The position numbers were made by a program, and so were the translations under genes. Under the pieces are notes generated by a model. The model had not been told where the DNA came from and made no database searches. It worked only from the letters and a program-made list of their open reading frames with translations. This document shows positions 1 through 9,793 of a stretch of 64,000 bases of DNA, piece by piece. Numbering within the stretch: position 1 is the first letter of the stretch; each line of letters opens with the position of its first letter. Source of the DNA: Hydrogenobacter sp. (GTDB lineage: Bacteria > Aquificota > Aquificia > Aquificales > Aquificaceae); NCBI GenBank assembly GCA_023255875.1, contig JAGDVY010000040.1, positions 70,003 through 134,002 on the forward strand, read 5' to 3'.

Positions 1-1095
1 TACCACCGTAGGCTCAAGCAGAGCTTTACTTTCTGCACACGCGATACCACCCCTTATGAGTTTGGCACCTTCTCTTACAGCCTCGCTGAGCCACTCTTGA
101 ACCCTTTCTACCTCCGAAGGGCTTATCATGGGACCTACATCTGTATCCTCTTGCATAGGGTCTCCCACCTTCAGGTTATCTACTGCGGACTTGAGCTTTG
201 ACAGATAAAGGTCAAAGACATCTTCGTGCACAAATACCCTCTGAATGGATATACAAACCTGCCCTGCTATGGCGTACCCACCCTGGATCGTTTTTGCTAC
301 CGCTTTGTCTATGTCTCCATCTTTGTGTAAGACCAAAGCTGAGTTAGAGCCCAGCTCAAGAACTACCTTCTTTATACCTGCCTGTCTTGTGATGATCTCT
401 CCCACCTTTCTACTGCCTGTAAAGGAAACTACTCTGACAGCTGGATGCGTTGTCATTGCCTTTCCTACATCACCATAACCCGGAAGGACGCTTATAGCAG
501 ATGCTGGAATGCCAGCAGACACCAAAAGCTCACCCAACATAAGGGGAGTGATGGGAGTCCTTTCAGAAGGTTTGAGAATTACCGCATTTCCTGCTGCCAA
601 AGCAGGAGCAACTTTATGCATAGAGAGGTTCAGAGGGAAGTTAAAGGGAGTGATAGCAGAAACTATACCAACAGGTTGTCTTATATAAAAGCCCACCTTT
701 CCTTTACCGTTGGGATGAGCGTCCAAAGGCAGTACCTCTCCACCTATCCTTTTTGCTTCTTCCGCAGAGAATATGAGCGTTTGCACCGCCCTTTGGACTT
801 CCACCCTTGCTTCCCTTATGGTTTTTCCCACCTCCAGGACAAGCATTCTTGCAAACTCTTCTGCCCTCTCTTGGAGCATCTGCGCTGCTCTCATAAGTAT
901 GCTGTAGCGCTCATAAGAAGTAAGGGAAGAGAGCTGTTTAAAACCTTCCTTTGCCAACTCTACCGCCTTATACACATGATCCTCTGATGCCTTAGACACC
1001 CTACCTACTGTCTCGCCAGTATAGGGATATACCACATCTATCTTCTCCTGGCTTTCCACATACCTTCCGCCCAAAAGAATACCCTTTTCTACCAT
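1..1095 (-). CDS. Aldehyde dehydrogenase family protein (3' end runs off the window)
   Basis: Hand translation from ATG at 1095 gives MVEKGILLGGRYVESQEKIDVVYPYTGE, then FTGS, ELGSNSA and catalytic AGQVCISIQR. Not in the ORF track because there is no stop in the window. Confidence 0.9.
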   Translation of the reverse strand, partial: MVEKGILLGGRYVESQEKIDVVYPYTGETVGRVSKASEDHVYKAVELAKEGFKQLSSLTSYERYSILMRAAQMLQERAEEFARMLVLEVGKTIREARVEVQRAVQTLIFSAEEAKRIGGEVLPLDAHPNGKGKVGFYIRQPVGIVSAITPFNFPLNLSMHKVAPALAAGNAVILKPSERTPITPLMLGELLVSAGIPASAISVLPGYGDVGKAMTTHPAVRVVSFTGSRKVGEIITRQAGIKKVVLELGSNSALVLHKDGDIDKAVAKTIQGGYAIAGQVCISIQRVFVHEDVFDLYLSKLKSAVDNLKVGDPMQEDTDVGPMISPSEVERVQEWLSEAVREGAKLIRGGIACAESKALLEPTVV

Positions 1096-1128
1096 AGGTT
1101 TTATTTTAAGTTAAATTGAAGATCATAC

Positions 1129-1321
1129 AGTGAGAAATTCTAGACCGTCAAATAATTGCTTATAAAGTAATGCAACACATATAAGAAAACGAGAGAAAAA
1201 CTAAGGCAGGAAGAAACTCAAAAGTCTTCGTTGCCCAAATAACTCCTTTGCATACTTATGCTTTTGGGATATAGCTTCTTTAGAAAAAAGAAGGTTTTGG
1301 CAATTTAACTAGTTTCTCACT
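1129..1321. mobile_element. MITE-like element, family A (193 bp)
   Basis: Ends AGTGAGAAATTC ... TAGTTTCTCACT are inverted repeats; the right ~60 bp match 8890-8950 in reverse orientation. Confidence 0.55.
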
Positions 1322-1352
1322 TAGCGTGTGTTTATAAGTATAATATAAACTT

Positions 1353-2102
1353 ATGGCAGGACACAGTCATTGGGCTCAAATAAAGCACAAAAAGGCTAAG
1401 GTAGATGCCCAAAGAGGTAGGCTTTTTAGCAAGATTATTAGGGAGATAACTGTTGCGGTCAGAGAAGGAGGTCCAAACCCAGAGTCTAACCCAAGGCTTA
1501 GAACCGCTATAGAGAACGCAAAAAGAGCAAATATGCCTGCGGAAACTATAGAGAGAGCAATAAAGAAAGGTACTGGAGAGCTTGGAGGTGAGGCTTACGA
1601 AGAGGTCCTTTATGAGGGATACGGTCCAGGTGGTGTTGCCATAATGGTGCTTACCGCTACTGATAACAGAAATAGAACTACCGCAGAGATAAGGCATGTC
1701 TTTTCTAAGTATGGGGGAAATCTTGGCTCTTCGGGTTGTGTATCCTACATGTTTGAAAGGGTGGGATATATAGAAATTCCCAAAGAGAGCATCTCTGAAG
1801 AGGAGCTATACGAAAAGGCTATAGAGGCAGGTGCGGAAGACATCCAAACAGGAGAGACCCATTACATAGTATACACAAAGCCAGAAGACCTGTACAGCGT
1901 CAAAGACGCTTTGGTCAAAGCAGGCATAACGGTAGAAAACGCCAGTATAAACTACAAACCTTTAAGCACCGTTCAGATAACAGATCCAGAAACAGCCAAA
2001 AAGCTCATAAAACTGCTCGATGCCTTAGATGACCTTGATGATGTACAATCGGTCATATCCAACTTTGATATACCAGAAGAGGTTTTGAGGGAGTCTTCGT
2101 GA
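1353..2102 (+). CDS. yebC: YebC/PmpR family transcriptional/translational regulator
   Basis: MAGHSHWAQIKHKK start; YEGYGPGGVA motif. Confidence 0.95.
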   Translation: MAGHSHWAQIKHKKAKVDAQRGRLFSKIIREITVAVREGGPNPESNPRLRTAIENAKRANMPAETIERAIKKGTGELGGEAYEEVLYEGYGPGGVAIMVLTATDNRNRTTAEIRHVFSKYGGNLGSSGCVSYMFERVGYIEIPKESISEEELYEKAIEAGAEDIQTGETHYIVYTKPEDLYSVKDALVKAGITVENASINYKPLSTVQITDPETAKKLIKLLDALDDLDDVQSVISNFDIPEEVLRESS

Positions 2103-2324
2103 TTAGCCTATCTTGTTCTTGTTAGGAGTGTGTTCTAACGAAATTAAGAATTCTTTTTTCCTTCTTTTTAGCAACTCTTAACAAGAGAAAGCCATAAAAA
2201 TGCTATTTTTTGGGAGGTCTTTTGTCAGAGATTTCTCTTCTTTGAGAAGTGTTTTAGGCTCGGGGGACTGGTATAGCAAACATGGTTAGCTCCTTTTCAG
2301 AGTGGATGGGCGACCAAGGTCTTG

Positions 2325-3158
2325 TTAATCAAGGCTTTGAGAATTATTAAACACTCTGAATAGCCTAAGTATATCCTCTACAGGGAGCTTTTTTAGATTT
2401 TCAATCCCATATGGGTTTTCTACGTACGGGACTCCAATGGTGTCTTCCTTTAGAGAACTGCACTTATTGATCACCTTATAAACTCTAAAGTTTTGCAAAT
2501 GCTTTTGGATACTATCAGCTTCCTGTGCAGACAACTTATCTTCGTTCATAACCGCAAAAATAACCGCTTTTTCTTTTAGCACCTTCATAAGCTTTTCCAC
2601 CCTGTCCTTTCTGTCTCTTATCAATTCCAAGAGGTTATCTTTTCTTCCCATAAAGTTTTCAAGTTTCTGTCTTTCTTGTGCCACCTTTTCAAGAAAGGAA
2701 AACCATTTTTCTATAGAGTGCATAGTATAAAAGAGTCTCACCATCTGACCTGTGGGAGCACTATCTATCACTATAAATTCAAAATTCCCATCAAAGTAGT
2801 CCACCAAGCGATCAAGTAAGGCGGTCTCCAAAGCGGTAGGTGAATGTTTGAGCTGTTTTGCATACTCTTCAAGGGCGGAGCTTAGTGTGGGGATCATCTC
2901 TTTTATGACAGATAGGGCTTTCTTTGTGTATTCTTCTACAAGATCCTCTGCGGAAAGTTCCTCCACATACAGGTTCTCTGTTATTTTGCAAAGTCCATGA
3001 CCTATATCTCTTTGAAGTATGCCAGAGAGGGAATGCGCTGGGTCTATAGAAACTAATAAAACCTTGTGGTCTTCTGATAACCTCAAAGCTGTGGCACAGG
3101 CTAAAGTGCTTTTGCCAACACCACCTTTACCACCAAAAAGTGCTACCCTTAACAGCAT
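2325..3158 (-). CDS. ArsA/GET3-family ATPase (single domain)
   Basis: GGKGGVGKST Walker A, SIDPAHSL, DSAPTG motifs. Confidence 0.88.
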   Translation of the reverse strand: MLLRVALFGGKGGVGKSTLACATALRLSEDHKVLLVSIDPAHSLSGILQRDIGHGLCKITENLYVEELSAEDLVEEYTKKALSVIKEMIPTLSSALEEYAKQLKHSPTALETALLDRLVDYFDGNFEFIVIDSAPTGQMVRLFYTMHSIEKWFSFLEKVAQERQKLENFMGRKDNLLELIRDRKDRVEKLMKVLKEKAVIFAVMNEDKLSAQEADSIQKHLQNFRVYKVINKCSSLKEDTIGVPYVENPYGIENLKKLPVEDILRLFRVFNNSQSLD

Positions 3159-3403
3159 GGGAATATGTCAAAGCCACTTTTTTCTATACCTATGCTCCTG
3201 TGCCAAAGGTGGAACTCCTCAAGTAGGTACGGATAAAGATCAAGGGTATAGATACCTAAGGGGTTGTCAAGGCCAAAGTACTCTGTAAAAAGGAAGAAAA
3301 GGAGGTGGTCCCTTAGGTAAGAATGGGACACCTCCACAGGTTTTTTAAAGTGTAGTTCAACAAAGCCTAAAAGGTTAGACTTTATTTTAGAGAAAGGATC
3401 CAC
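3149..3403 (-). CDS. Small protein ending Cys-Cys-stop (cory-CC-star-like)
   Basis: 84 aa, FGLDNPL..YTLDLYPYLLEEFH.WHR.IG..PCC*; stop overlaps the ArsA start. Confidence 0.65.
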   Translation of the reverse strand: MDPFSKIKSNLLGFVELHFKKPVEVSHSYLRDHLLFFLFTEYFGLDNPLGIYTLDLYPYLLEEFHLWHRSIGIEKSGFDIFPCC

Positions 3404-3858
3404 TGAGCCAGTTCCTTTGCTTCCTCATCTGTCACGTTCTGTGGAGGCATGGGTACTTGTCCCCAATTTCCTGCTCCTCCATTCTTAATTTTCTTGGCAA
3501 GCTCATCAACAGCTCCTGGCTGACCTGCGTACTTTTTAGCAATATCTTTGTACGCTGGTCCAACCTTTTTGGTATTTATGTCGTGACATGCATAACAGCC
3601 CTTTTGCTGAGCCAAAGCAGTCATGTCCTTAGCAGGTCCTTGAGACTTTTGCTCTTTTTGTTCTGCAGGCTTTTGTTCACCAGAAGGTTTGGCTGGTTGC
3701 TCTTGATTTTGCTGTTCAGGTTGAGATGGCTGTGCAGGTTGCGCTGATTGCTCAGGTTGTGCAGGTTGCGCTGGCTGTTCTGCAGGTTGCTGTTCTTTCT
3801 TTTCACAAGAAGCAAGAAGGGCAAGGCTAAGAACTCCGCTTAAAAGTACTCTCTTCAT
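3382..3858 (-). CDS. Lipid-anchored monoheme cytochrome c (c551/c552 type) with Pro/Gln-rich linker
   Basis: SD GGAGG before MKRVLL; lipobox LLASC; heme motif CYACH; axial Met in VPMPPQ. Confidence 0.9.
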   Translation of the reverse strand: MKRVLLSGVLSLALLASCEKKEQQPAEQPAQPAQPEQSAQPAQPSQPEQQNQEQPAKPSGEQKPAEQKEQKSQGPAKDMTALAQQKGCYACHDINTKKVGPAYKDIAKKYAGQPGAVDELAKKIKNGGAGNWGQVPMPPQNVTDEEAKELAQWILSLK

Positions 3859-3950
3859 ACCTATTACCTCCAAAAGATATTTAAGTGACATAAATAATTA
3901 TATGCGAAAAAAAGATGAAATTTTTATGAACAGGCTTTATAATTGATGTG

Positions 3951-4400
3951 ATGATGGACATAAGGGAGATAATGGAAGTTTTACCGCACAGGTATCCCCT
4001 TCTTCTTGCAGATAAGATACTTGAGATAGAACTAGGAAAGCGTATAGTTGGGCTAAAGAACGTTTCAGCTAATGAACCTTACTTTCAGGGACACTTCCCG
4101 GGATTTCCCCTAATGCCGGGTGTGTATATCCTTGAAGCTATGGCTCAGGTAGGTGGAATTCTCATGATAAAGTCTCTTGGCTTGGAGATAGGCAAGTACG
4201 CTGTTGTTTTTGCTGGTATAGATGAGGCAAGGTTCAAAAAGCCCGTATATCCAGGAGATCAGCTAATTCTTGAGCTGGAGGTGATATCCCTCAAAAAGAC
4301 TCTCTCCAAGATGAAGGGTAAGGCTACTGTTGATGGTCAAATTGTAGCGGAAGCCATCCTTTACGCAGCAGCAAGAGAGCTAAAAGACCTAAAGAGATAA
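3951..4400 (+). CDS. fabZ: 3-hydroxyacyl-ACP dehydratase
   Basis: [24 protein letters not shown]; start may be 3948, 3951 or 3954. Confidence 0.97.
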   Translation: MMDIREIMEVLPHRYPLLLADKILEIELGKRIVGLKNVSANEPYFQGHFPGFPLMPGVYILEAMAQVGGILMIKSLGLEIGKYAVVFAGIDEARFKKPVYPGDQLILELEVISLKKTLSKMKGKATVDGQIVAEAILYAAARELKDLKR

Positions 4401-5036
4401 TTTCTTTGAGCTTATGCAAAAGAAACCGCCCTCTTTCCAAAAGCCTTCCCTTATTTCTTCAGTCTTTATAGGTTTCTCATCTTGAGGCTCTTCAAGCAAG
4501 GTTGTATATACCTTATCAATACTAAAACCAGTTTCTTTTAGCATGCTGGCAAGTTGATAGTAAGAATAAAATTTAGCGTTTTTGTAAATGGGATGTCCTT
4601 TTTTAGCTTTGTCCATGTAAAACTCTGCCCAAGGGCTTTCAGAAAGCACAAGTCCCAGTAACAAAGAACCATCAGTTTTGAGCACTCTGTTAGCTTCCTT
4701 TAAAGAAGTGATAGGATCTTCAAAAAAGCACAGAGAAACTACTATGATAACCTCATCAAAGGCTTTCTCTTTAAAAGGTAGGGCTTCTGCCTTCCCTAAC
4801 ACTCCATATACACCTCTTCTTATAGCCATTTTAAGTAATTCTTTTGAGGTATCCACTCCATAACGCACACCCAAAGCAGAAGCAAAACGTCCGCTTCCTA
4901 CCCCTATCTCCAAGGAATTCTTGGGTGTTTCAAGAAGTTTTCTGAGGCATTCAAGTTCCAGTTTATAGGCAGATTTCCCAAAGGGCTTTTCGTACCAGAG
5001 GTCATACGCTTGTGCGTACTCATCAAATATCAGCAT
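4389..5036 (-). CDS. Class I SAM-dependent methyltransferase
   Basis: [10 protein letters not shown] motif I; AEALPF..FD motif. Confidence 0.85.
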   Translation of the reverse strand: MLIFDEYAQAYDLWYEKPFGKSAYKLELECLRKLLETPKNSLEIGVGSGRFASALGVRYGVDTSKELLKMAIRRGVYGVLGKAEALPFKEKAFDEVIIVVSLCFFEDPITSLKEANRVLKTDGSLLLGLVLSESPWAEFYMDKAKKGHPIYKNAKFYSYYQLASMLKETGFSIDKVYTTLLEEPQDEKPIKTEEIREGFWKEGGFFCISSKKLSL

Positions 5037-5892
5037 TTTTTAACCCCATGTTTTGTTCGTAAGCTTGCAAAGTGTTTAAAAGTAGAGCTGTTATAGTCAT
5101 TGGACCTACTCCACCCGGTACAGGAGTTATGGCACTTGCTTTGTGTTTTACGCTATCAAAATCCACATCTCCCACCACTTTATCTCCCAATTTGGATATT
5201 CCCACATCTATCACAACAGCACCCTCTTTTACCATGTCCCCTTTTATGAGATGTGGCACACCAGTTGCTGATATAAGTATATCTGCTCTCTTAGTGTATG
5301 CTGTTATATCCTTTGTGTGTATGTGGCACACAGACACTGTTGCATCCCTCCAAAGCATCAAAAGCGCCAAAGGTCTGCCTACTATAAATCCAGCACCTAC
5401 TATAACTACATCTTTACCTTTGAGGTCTATATGGTAGTGTTTCAAAAGTAAGTCTATACCCAAGGGTGTGCATGGTATAAACCCTCCCTCTATGCGGGCA
5501 ATGAGCTTTCCCATATTCTCTGGGTGAAAGCCGTCCACATCTTTTCTTGGAGATATGGAAAGTATAACTTCCTGCTGGGATATGTGAGCAGGTAGTGGTA
5601 GCTGAACTAATATACCATCTACCGTCTCTTCACTGTTGAGGTATGCTATCAAGTCAAGGAGTTCTGGTGCTGTAGTGTTTTCAGGAAGATGATAAAGAAT
5701 TGATCTTATACCTACCTTTTGGCATGCTTTTTGTTTGTTTTTGACATATATATGACTTGCGGGATCGTTACCTACCAAGACTACAGCCAAGGCGGGTTCT
5801 CTGTATCCTTTTGAAGTTATAGCTTTTACCCTTTTACTTATCTCTTCTCTTATGTTTTCTGATAGAGCCTTCCCATCTAAAAGGAGAGTCAT
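5023..5892 (-). CDS. folD: Bifunctional methylene-THF dehydrogenase/cyclohydrolase
   Basis: KDVDGFHP, PCTP, TPVPGGVGPMT. Confidence 0.97.
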   Translation of the reverse strand: MTLLLDGKALSENIREEISKRVKAITSKGYREPALAVVLVGNDPASHIYVKNKQKACQKVGIRSILYHLPENTTAPELLDLIAYLNSEETVDGILVQLPLPAHISQQEVILSISPRKDVDGFHPENMGKLIARIEGGFIPCTPLGIDLLLKHYHIDLKGKDVVIVGAGFIVGRPLALLMLWRDATVSVCHIHTKDITAYTKRADILISATGVPHLIKGDMVKEGAVVIDVGISKLGDKVVGDVDFDSVKHKASAITPVPGGVGPMTITALLLNTLQAYEQNMGLKNADI

Positions 5893-5922
5893 CGCTTTTA
5901 TAAATGATTATAACAAGAAGCC

Positions 5923-6597
5923 TTACAAAAGTCCTCCCTCTTTCATAGAAAAGTAACTAGATGTAGTGACTATAACATGATCAAGAAGTTCAAACCCCAA
6001 AAGCTGACATGCATCTTTTATTCTTTTGGTAAACTCTAAGTCCGCTTTTGAGGGTTTTGGTTGTCCCATAGGGTGGCTATGAGCCAGTATGATAGAGTGG
6101 CAAGCACTCTTTACCGCTCCGTAAAGTACATCTTTTGGGTCTGCAAATACAGAGTTCATTCTACCTATAGCTACCGTTTCGTAGCTTATAAGGGTGTTAG
6201 AAGGACTAAGATACAGTGCCCAAAGATGTTCTCTTCTGTTATCCATCTTATCCTTGAGAAATTTATAGACATCTTGGGGGGTGTTTATAACCACATGAGA
6301 GTAGGGTTCATATATGCGCCTGCTTAGTTCAAATATAGCTTTTATTTGGCAAGCCTTTGCTTCTCCTATGCCTTCTATCTCCTTTATAATCTCATCAACG
6401 CTCATGTCTTTTAGTCTTTCCCAACCGAGTCTAACTATCTTCCTTGAAAGGGAAAGCACATCGTCCTTTTTTGTTCCAAAACCTAATATGATTGCTATTA
6501 ATTCTTCATCAGAGAGTGCATCAACACCTAAGGTTCTGAGTTTCTCTCTTGGTCTTAGCTCTTGAGGTATCTCCTTAAGCTTTCTGCTCCTGTACAT
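5923..6597 (-). CDS. radC: RadC-like JAB domain protein
   Basis: RPREKL, GIGEAKA HhH, HSHPMG..PSKAD, LLDHVIV. Confidence 0.92.
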   Translation of the reverse strand: MYRSRKLKEIPQELRPREKLRTLGVDALSDEELIAIILGFGTKKDDVLSLSRKIVRLGWERLKDMSVDEIIKEIEGIGEAKACQIKAIFELSRRIYEPYSHVVINTPQDVYKFLKDKMDNRREHLWALYLSPSNTLISYETVAIGRMNSVFADPKDVLYGAVKSACHSIILAHSHPMGQPKPSKADLEFTKRIKDACQLLGFELLDHVIVTTSSYFSMKEGGLL

Positions 6598-7813
6598 ATT
6601 TTTCCACCATCAGTTTTTTCACCTTCCTGCCGTCAGATTGTATAACTACGAACTTTAGCCCACAACAGATAATTACCTCACCTTTATGGGGTATCCTCTT
6701 TAGCTGGTATATTATAAAACCTCCTAAAGTTAAATAAGGTCCATCGGGAAACTTTATACCCGCTACCTTTTCAAACTCGTGCTTATCAACCATACCATCA
6801 ACGATCCATTTCTCCTTCTCTATTTCCTTTATGGGTTCTTCTGACTGGATGAGACTGTCACCAATTTGGCCCAAAACTTCCCTTACTATATCATCAAAGG
6901 TAACTATACCCAGTATGATACCCCTTTCGTCCACCACAAGACCCATGTGTGCGCTACTTTTCCTAAAGGTTTCAAGAGCATCCTGCAGAGTTGTAAACTC
7001 AGAGAATATGGCAAGAGGTTTTATAAACTCTTTGATGGGCGCTGAAGGAGGATTGTCTATTATATCAAACATATCCACATAACCTGTTATGTCATCAACC
7101 CTTTTTCTATAGACAGGTAGCTTGGTAAAACCGCTTTCCTTCATCCTTTGGAGAGCCTGTCCTACTGTAGAAACCTCGTCTATCATAACCACCTCATATA
7201 TGGGTCTTACCACTTCTGAAAGAGTGCTCTCTTTGAGTGCCAGAAGTTTAACAGCGGTTTTTATCCTTTCATCCTGAAGCTCTATCTCTTCTAAAAGCTT
7301 CATTACGTCTGACTTGCTTAGCTTTTCTGAATGCCTGCTTTTGAAAAACTCTGTAAGTAATCTACTTACCTTTTTTGAAAAGATAAGAAGAGGAAAAGTT
7401 ACCATTTTGAGCTTGCTAAGATACCACAGGCTTGGTATCAAGAGCTTGTCTGCGTGCTTTTGAAAAACACTTTTGGGGATTAACTCTCCAAACACAAGAG
7501 TGAAGATTACAAGACTTATAGAAACAAAGACTTCATATCCTTTTATATAAGGGATATAGTCTGAGAGTGTGATGACCGCCATGGTGTAAAAGGTGCTGGC
7601 AAAGACTATGCTTACTGTGTATCCCAACATGGAAAGGGTGATGTACTCTTCTGGGTTTTCGTGAAAGTCCTTCAAAAATCCGTACCCTGTTTTTCTATAG
7701 AGTGTTAACACCTTGCTCCTGTCAGTGCTTATAAGGACGATTTCTGCACCTGCAAAAATTCCTTCAAAGATCACAAAAAACAGAACACCAAGTATAAAAC
7801 CTAACGCTTCCAT
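6575..7813 (-). CDS. Hemolysin/CNNM-family protein (DUF21-CBS-CorC)
   Basis: FAGAEIVL, LVFGELIPKS, tandem CBS domains, TLGGFI C-terminal domain. Confidence 0.9.
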   Translation of the reverse strand: MEALGFILGVLFFVIFEGIFAGAEIVLISTDRSKVLTLYRKTGYGFLKDFHENPEEYITLSMLGYTVSIVFASTFYTMAVITLSDYIPYIKGYEVFVSISLVIFTLVFGELIPKSVFQKHADKLLIPSLWYLSKLKMVTFPLLIFSKKVSRLLTEFFKSRHSEKLSKSDVMKLLEEIELQDERIKTAVKLLALKESTLSEVVRPIYEVVMIDEVSTVGQALQRMKESGFTKLPVYRKRVDDITGYVDMFDIIDNPPSAPIKEFIKPLAIFSEFTTLQDALETFRKSSAHMGLVVDERGIILGIVTFDDIVREVLGQIGDSLIQSEEPIKEIEKEKWIVDGMVDKHEFEKVAGIKFPDGPYLTLGGFIIYQLKRIPHKGEVIICCGLKFVVIQSDGRKVKKLMVEKYVQEQKA

Positions 7814-8616
7814 CCTATTAGCACTCTGTCCTGACCTGCGTAATCTTTAAAAATATCCACTCTGAAACCTTTTTCCGCAAAGAGTTTTCTTAGAATAGAG
7901 CCCTGGTCATGCCCTATTTCTAATGCAAAAAAGCCACCGTCCTTTATAAACCTTCTTACCTCCTTAGCAAAGCGTTCGTAAAACTCATAACCCTTTTCCC
8001 CTCCTATAAGAGAAATCCAACCCTCAAGTCTTACACCTTTTGGTAAATTTTCCCACTCTCTTTGAGGTATGTAAGGTGGATTAGAAACTACAAAGTCAAA
8101 CACCATACCCTCCACCGGTTCAAACATATCTCCTTTTCTTAGTATAAGTCTTTGCTCCACCTTGTGGAGTTTTGCGTTTTCCTTGGCAAGCTCTAAAGCT
8201 ATATCCTGTACATCATCTGCATACATGATAAGATTTTTCCTTTCTAAGAGCAATGTTATAGATATGCACCCTGTTCCAATACCTATTTCAAAGCCCACGT
8301 ACTCTCCATTGGCGGGAATAAGCTCAAGGACCTTCTCACAGAGCAATTCCGTCTCTGGTCTTGGAATTAACACGCCTTCTTTTACCTTAAAAGTTCTTCC
8401 ATAAAAGTCCCACTCTCCCAAGATGTACTGAAGAGGGTAACCTTCTTCAAGGAGTTTCAGAGACTTAAGATACTCTTCCTCTATATCCTTAGATACCTCC
8501 CTGTCTTCAATAAAGTATATATCACTTGGTTTTACCTTCAGGAGGTGTGCCAGAAGGAGCTGTCTTTCCCGAAGGGACGCCTTGCTGGCTACTTTCAGAA
8601 GATCTTTGAGTTTCAT
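7801..8616 (-). CDS. prmC: Release factor glutamine methyltransferase
   Basis: PLQYILG, LIPRPETE, GTGCI, NPPY. Confidence 0.95.
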   Translation of the reverse strand: MKLKDLLKVASKASLRERQLLLAHLLKVKPSDIYFIEDREVSKDIEEEYLKSLKLLEEGYPLQYILGEWDFYGRTFKVKEGVLIPRPETELLCEKVLELIPANGEYVGFEIGIGTGCISITLLLERKNLIMYADDVQDIALELAKENAKLHKVEQRLILRKGDMFEPVEGMVFDFVVSNPPYIPQREWENLPKGVRLEGWISLIGGEKGYEFYERFAKEVRRFIKDGGFFALEIGHDQGSILRKLFAEKGFRVDIFKDYAGQDRVLIGWKR

Positions 8617-8860
8617 CTTTTATGAGAGAGCCTTTCTTTGAAGGATTCGTAAGGGCAAGAAGCAAAGCCAAAAGCATAAAAGAAAAGCCAAGCCAATAAG
8701 TGAATTTAGTAAGTATGGTATCCACACCACCTGGACCGAAAACACCTTGACCCATTCCACCAAAAGCAGTTCCCACATCTCCCCTACTTCTCTGAAGAAG
8801 TACCACAACTATGAGCAATATAGAGATTATGATAAATAGCACAAGTAAAAGGTAGTACAT
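8522..8860 (-). CDS. secG: Preprotein translocase subunit SecG
   Basis: VLLQRSRGDVGTAFGG and LTKFT motifs; two TM helices; ATG at 8860 preferred. Confidence 0.93.
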   Translation of the reverse strand: MYYLLLVLFIIISILLIVVVLLQRSRGDVGTAFGGMGQGVFGPGGVDTILTKFTYWLGFSFMLLALLLALTNPSKKGSLIKDETQRSSESSQQGVPSGKTAPSGTPPEGKTK

Positions 8861-8893
8861 AGTTGAAATATTATACAATACAACAATATGCTA

Positions 8894-8968
8894 AGTGAGA
8901 AACTAGTTACATGCCAAAACCTTTTTTTCTAAAGAAGCTATATCCTAAAGTATTCAGAATTTCTCACT
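8894..8968. mobile_element. MITE-like element, family A (75 bp, shorter copy)
   Basis: AGTGAGAAACTA ... GAATTTCTCACT; both ends and ~60 bp of interior match 1129-1321 inverted. Confidence 0.55.
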
Positions 8969-9003
8969 CGGCGTTTTAAAAAGTGTTATAATATACTACT
9001 GTA

Positions 9004-9078
9004 GCGGGCGTAGCTCAGTGGTGGAGCGGCTGCTTGCCATGCAGCAGGTCGCGGGTTCGAGTCCCGTCGCCCGCTCCA
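9004..9078 (+). tRNA. tRNA-Gly(GCC)
   Basis: Acceptor GCGGGCG/CGCCCGC, anticodon arm GCTGC-TTGCCAT-GCAGC, GGTTCGAGTCC, encoded CCA. Confidence 0.97.
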
Positions 9079-9106
9079 TACTCAAAGGTGTGATAAAATT
9101 AAGAAA

Positions 9107-9793
9107 ATGCAAAAAGGCAAAAACTGGCTTATTGAACTCATTGCGGTAATAGTTATAGTGCTCTTACTCAGAGCTTTTGTAGTTCAGGCTTACAACATTC
9201 CTTCAGGCTCTATGAAACCTACCCTTTTGGTTGGTGATTTTATACTTGTAAACAAGTTAGTTTATAGTATCTCGGAACCCAAAAGGGGAGACATTGTAGT
9301 TTTTAAGTGGCCTGTAAATCCCAATATAGACTTTATAAAGAGGATAATAGGTATGCCTGGAGATGTGATAGAGGTTAGAGATTATCAAGTCTATATAAAC
9401 GGGAAGCCTTTGGCACTGAGGTTTATAGGCGAACAGTATGAAGATGGCAATAGAAAGCTCATTTACGAAGAGATTCTTCCCAATGGTGTAAAACATAAGA
9501 TAGCCTTGTATGCAGACCCTATAATACCTCGCAGAGATGTACCTCCCACTAAGATACCTCCAGGAAATTACTTTGTTATGGGAGATAACCGCGATAACAG
9601 TGAGGATAGTAGGTACTGGGGTTTTGTACCAAGGGAAAACATAGTGGGTAAGGCTTTTGTCATATACTTTTCGGGAGATATACCACCTCTTGAAAGCACA
9701 GATGTAAACATCTTTACAGGATTTAAACAGCTATTCTTAGCTCTTTTGAATCCACGCTTAGATCGTATAGGCAAGCCTCTTATAGATCAATAG
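9107..9793 (+). CDS. lepB: Signal peptidase I
   Basis: PSGSMKPTL (catalytic Ser), FIKRIIG (Lys), GDNRDNSEDSRYWG. Confidence 0.97.
   Translation: MQKGKNWLIELIAVIVIVLLLRAFVVQAYNIPSGSMKPTLLVGDFILVNKLVYSISEPKRGDIVVFKWPVNPNIDFIKRIIGMPGDVIEVRDYQVYINGKPLALRFIGEQYEDGNRKLIYEEILPNGVKHKIALYADPIIPRRDVPPTKIPPGNYFVMGDNRDNSEDSRYWGFVPRENIVGKAFVIYFSGDIPPLESTDVNIFTGFKQLFLALLNPRLDRIGKPLIDQ

Noticed and set aside
245-987. Plus-strand ORFs 245-478 and 445-987, and the many other short antisense ORFs in the track
   Set aside because: Shadow frames of clear genes on the other strand or frame (here the aldehyde dehydrogenase).
2103-2283. Possible small minus-strand gene behind a GGAG SD (ATG 2283)
   Set aside because: Stops after 9 codons and the other frames are also interrupted; at best an unrecognisable remnant.
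3149-3157. Selenocysteine recoding at the CC-stop terminus
   Set aside because: The stop codon is TAA, not TGA.
5923-6597. radC as a marker of a mobile element
   Set aside because: Full-length HhH+JAB form embedded among housekeeping genes, with no integrase nearby.
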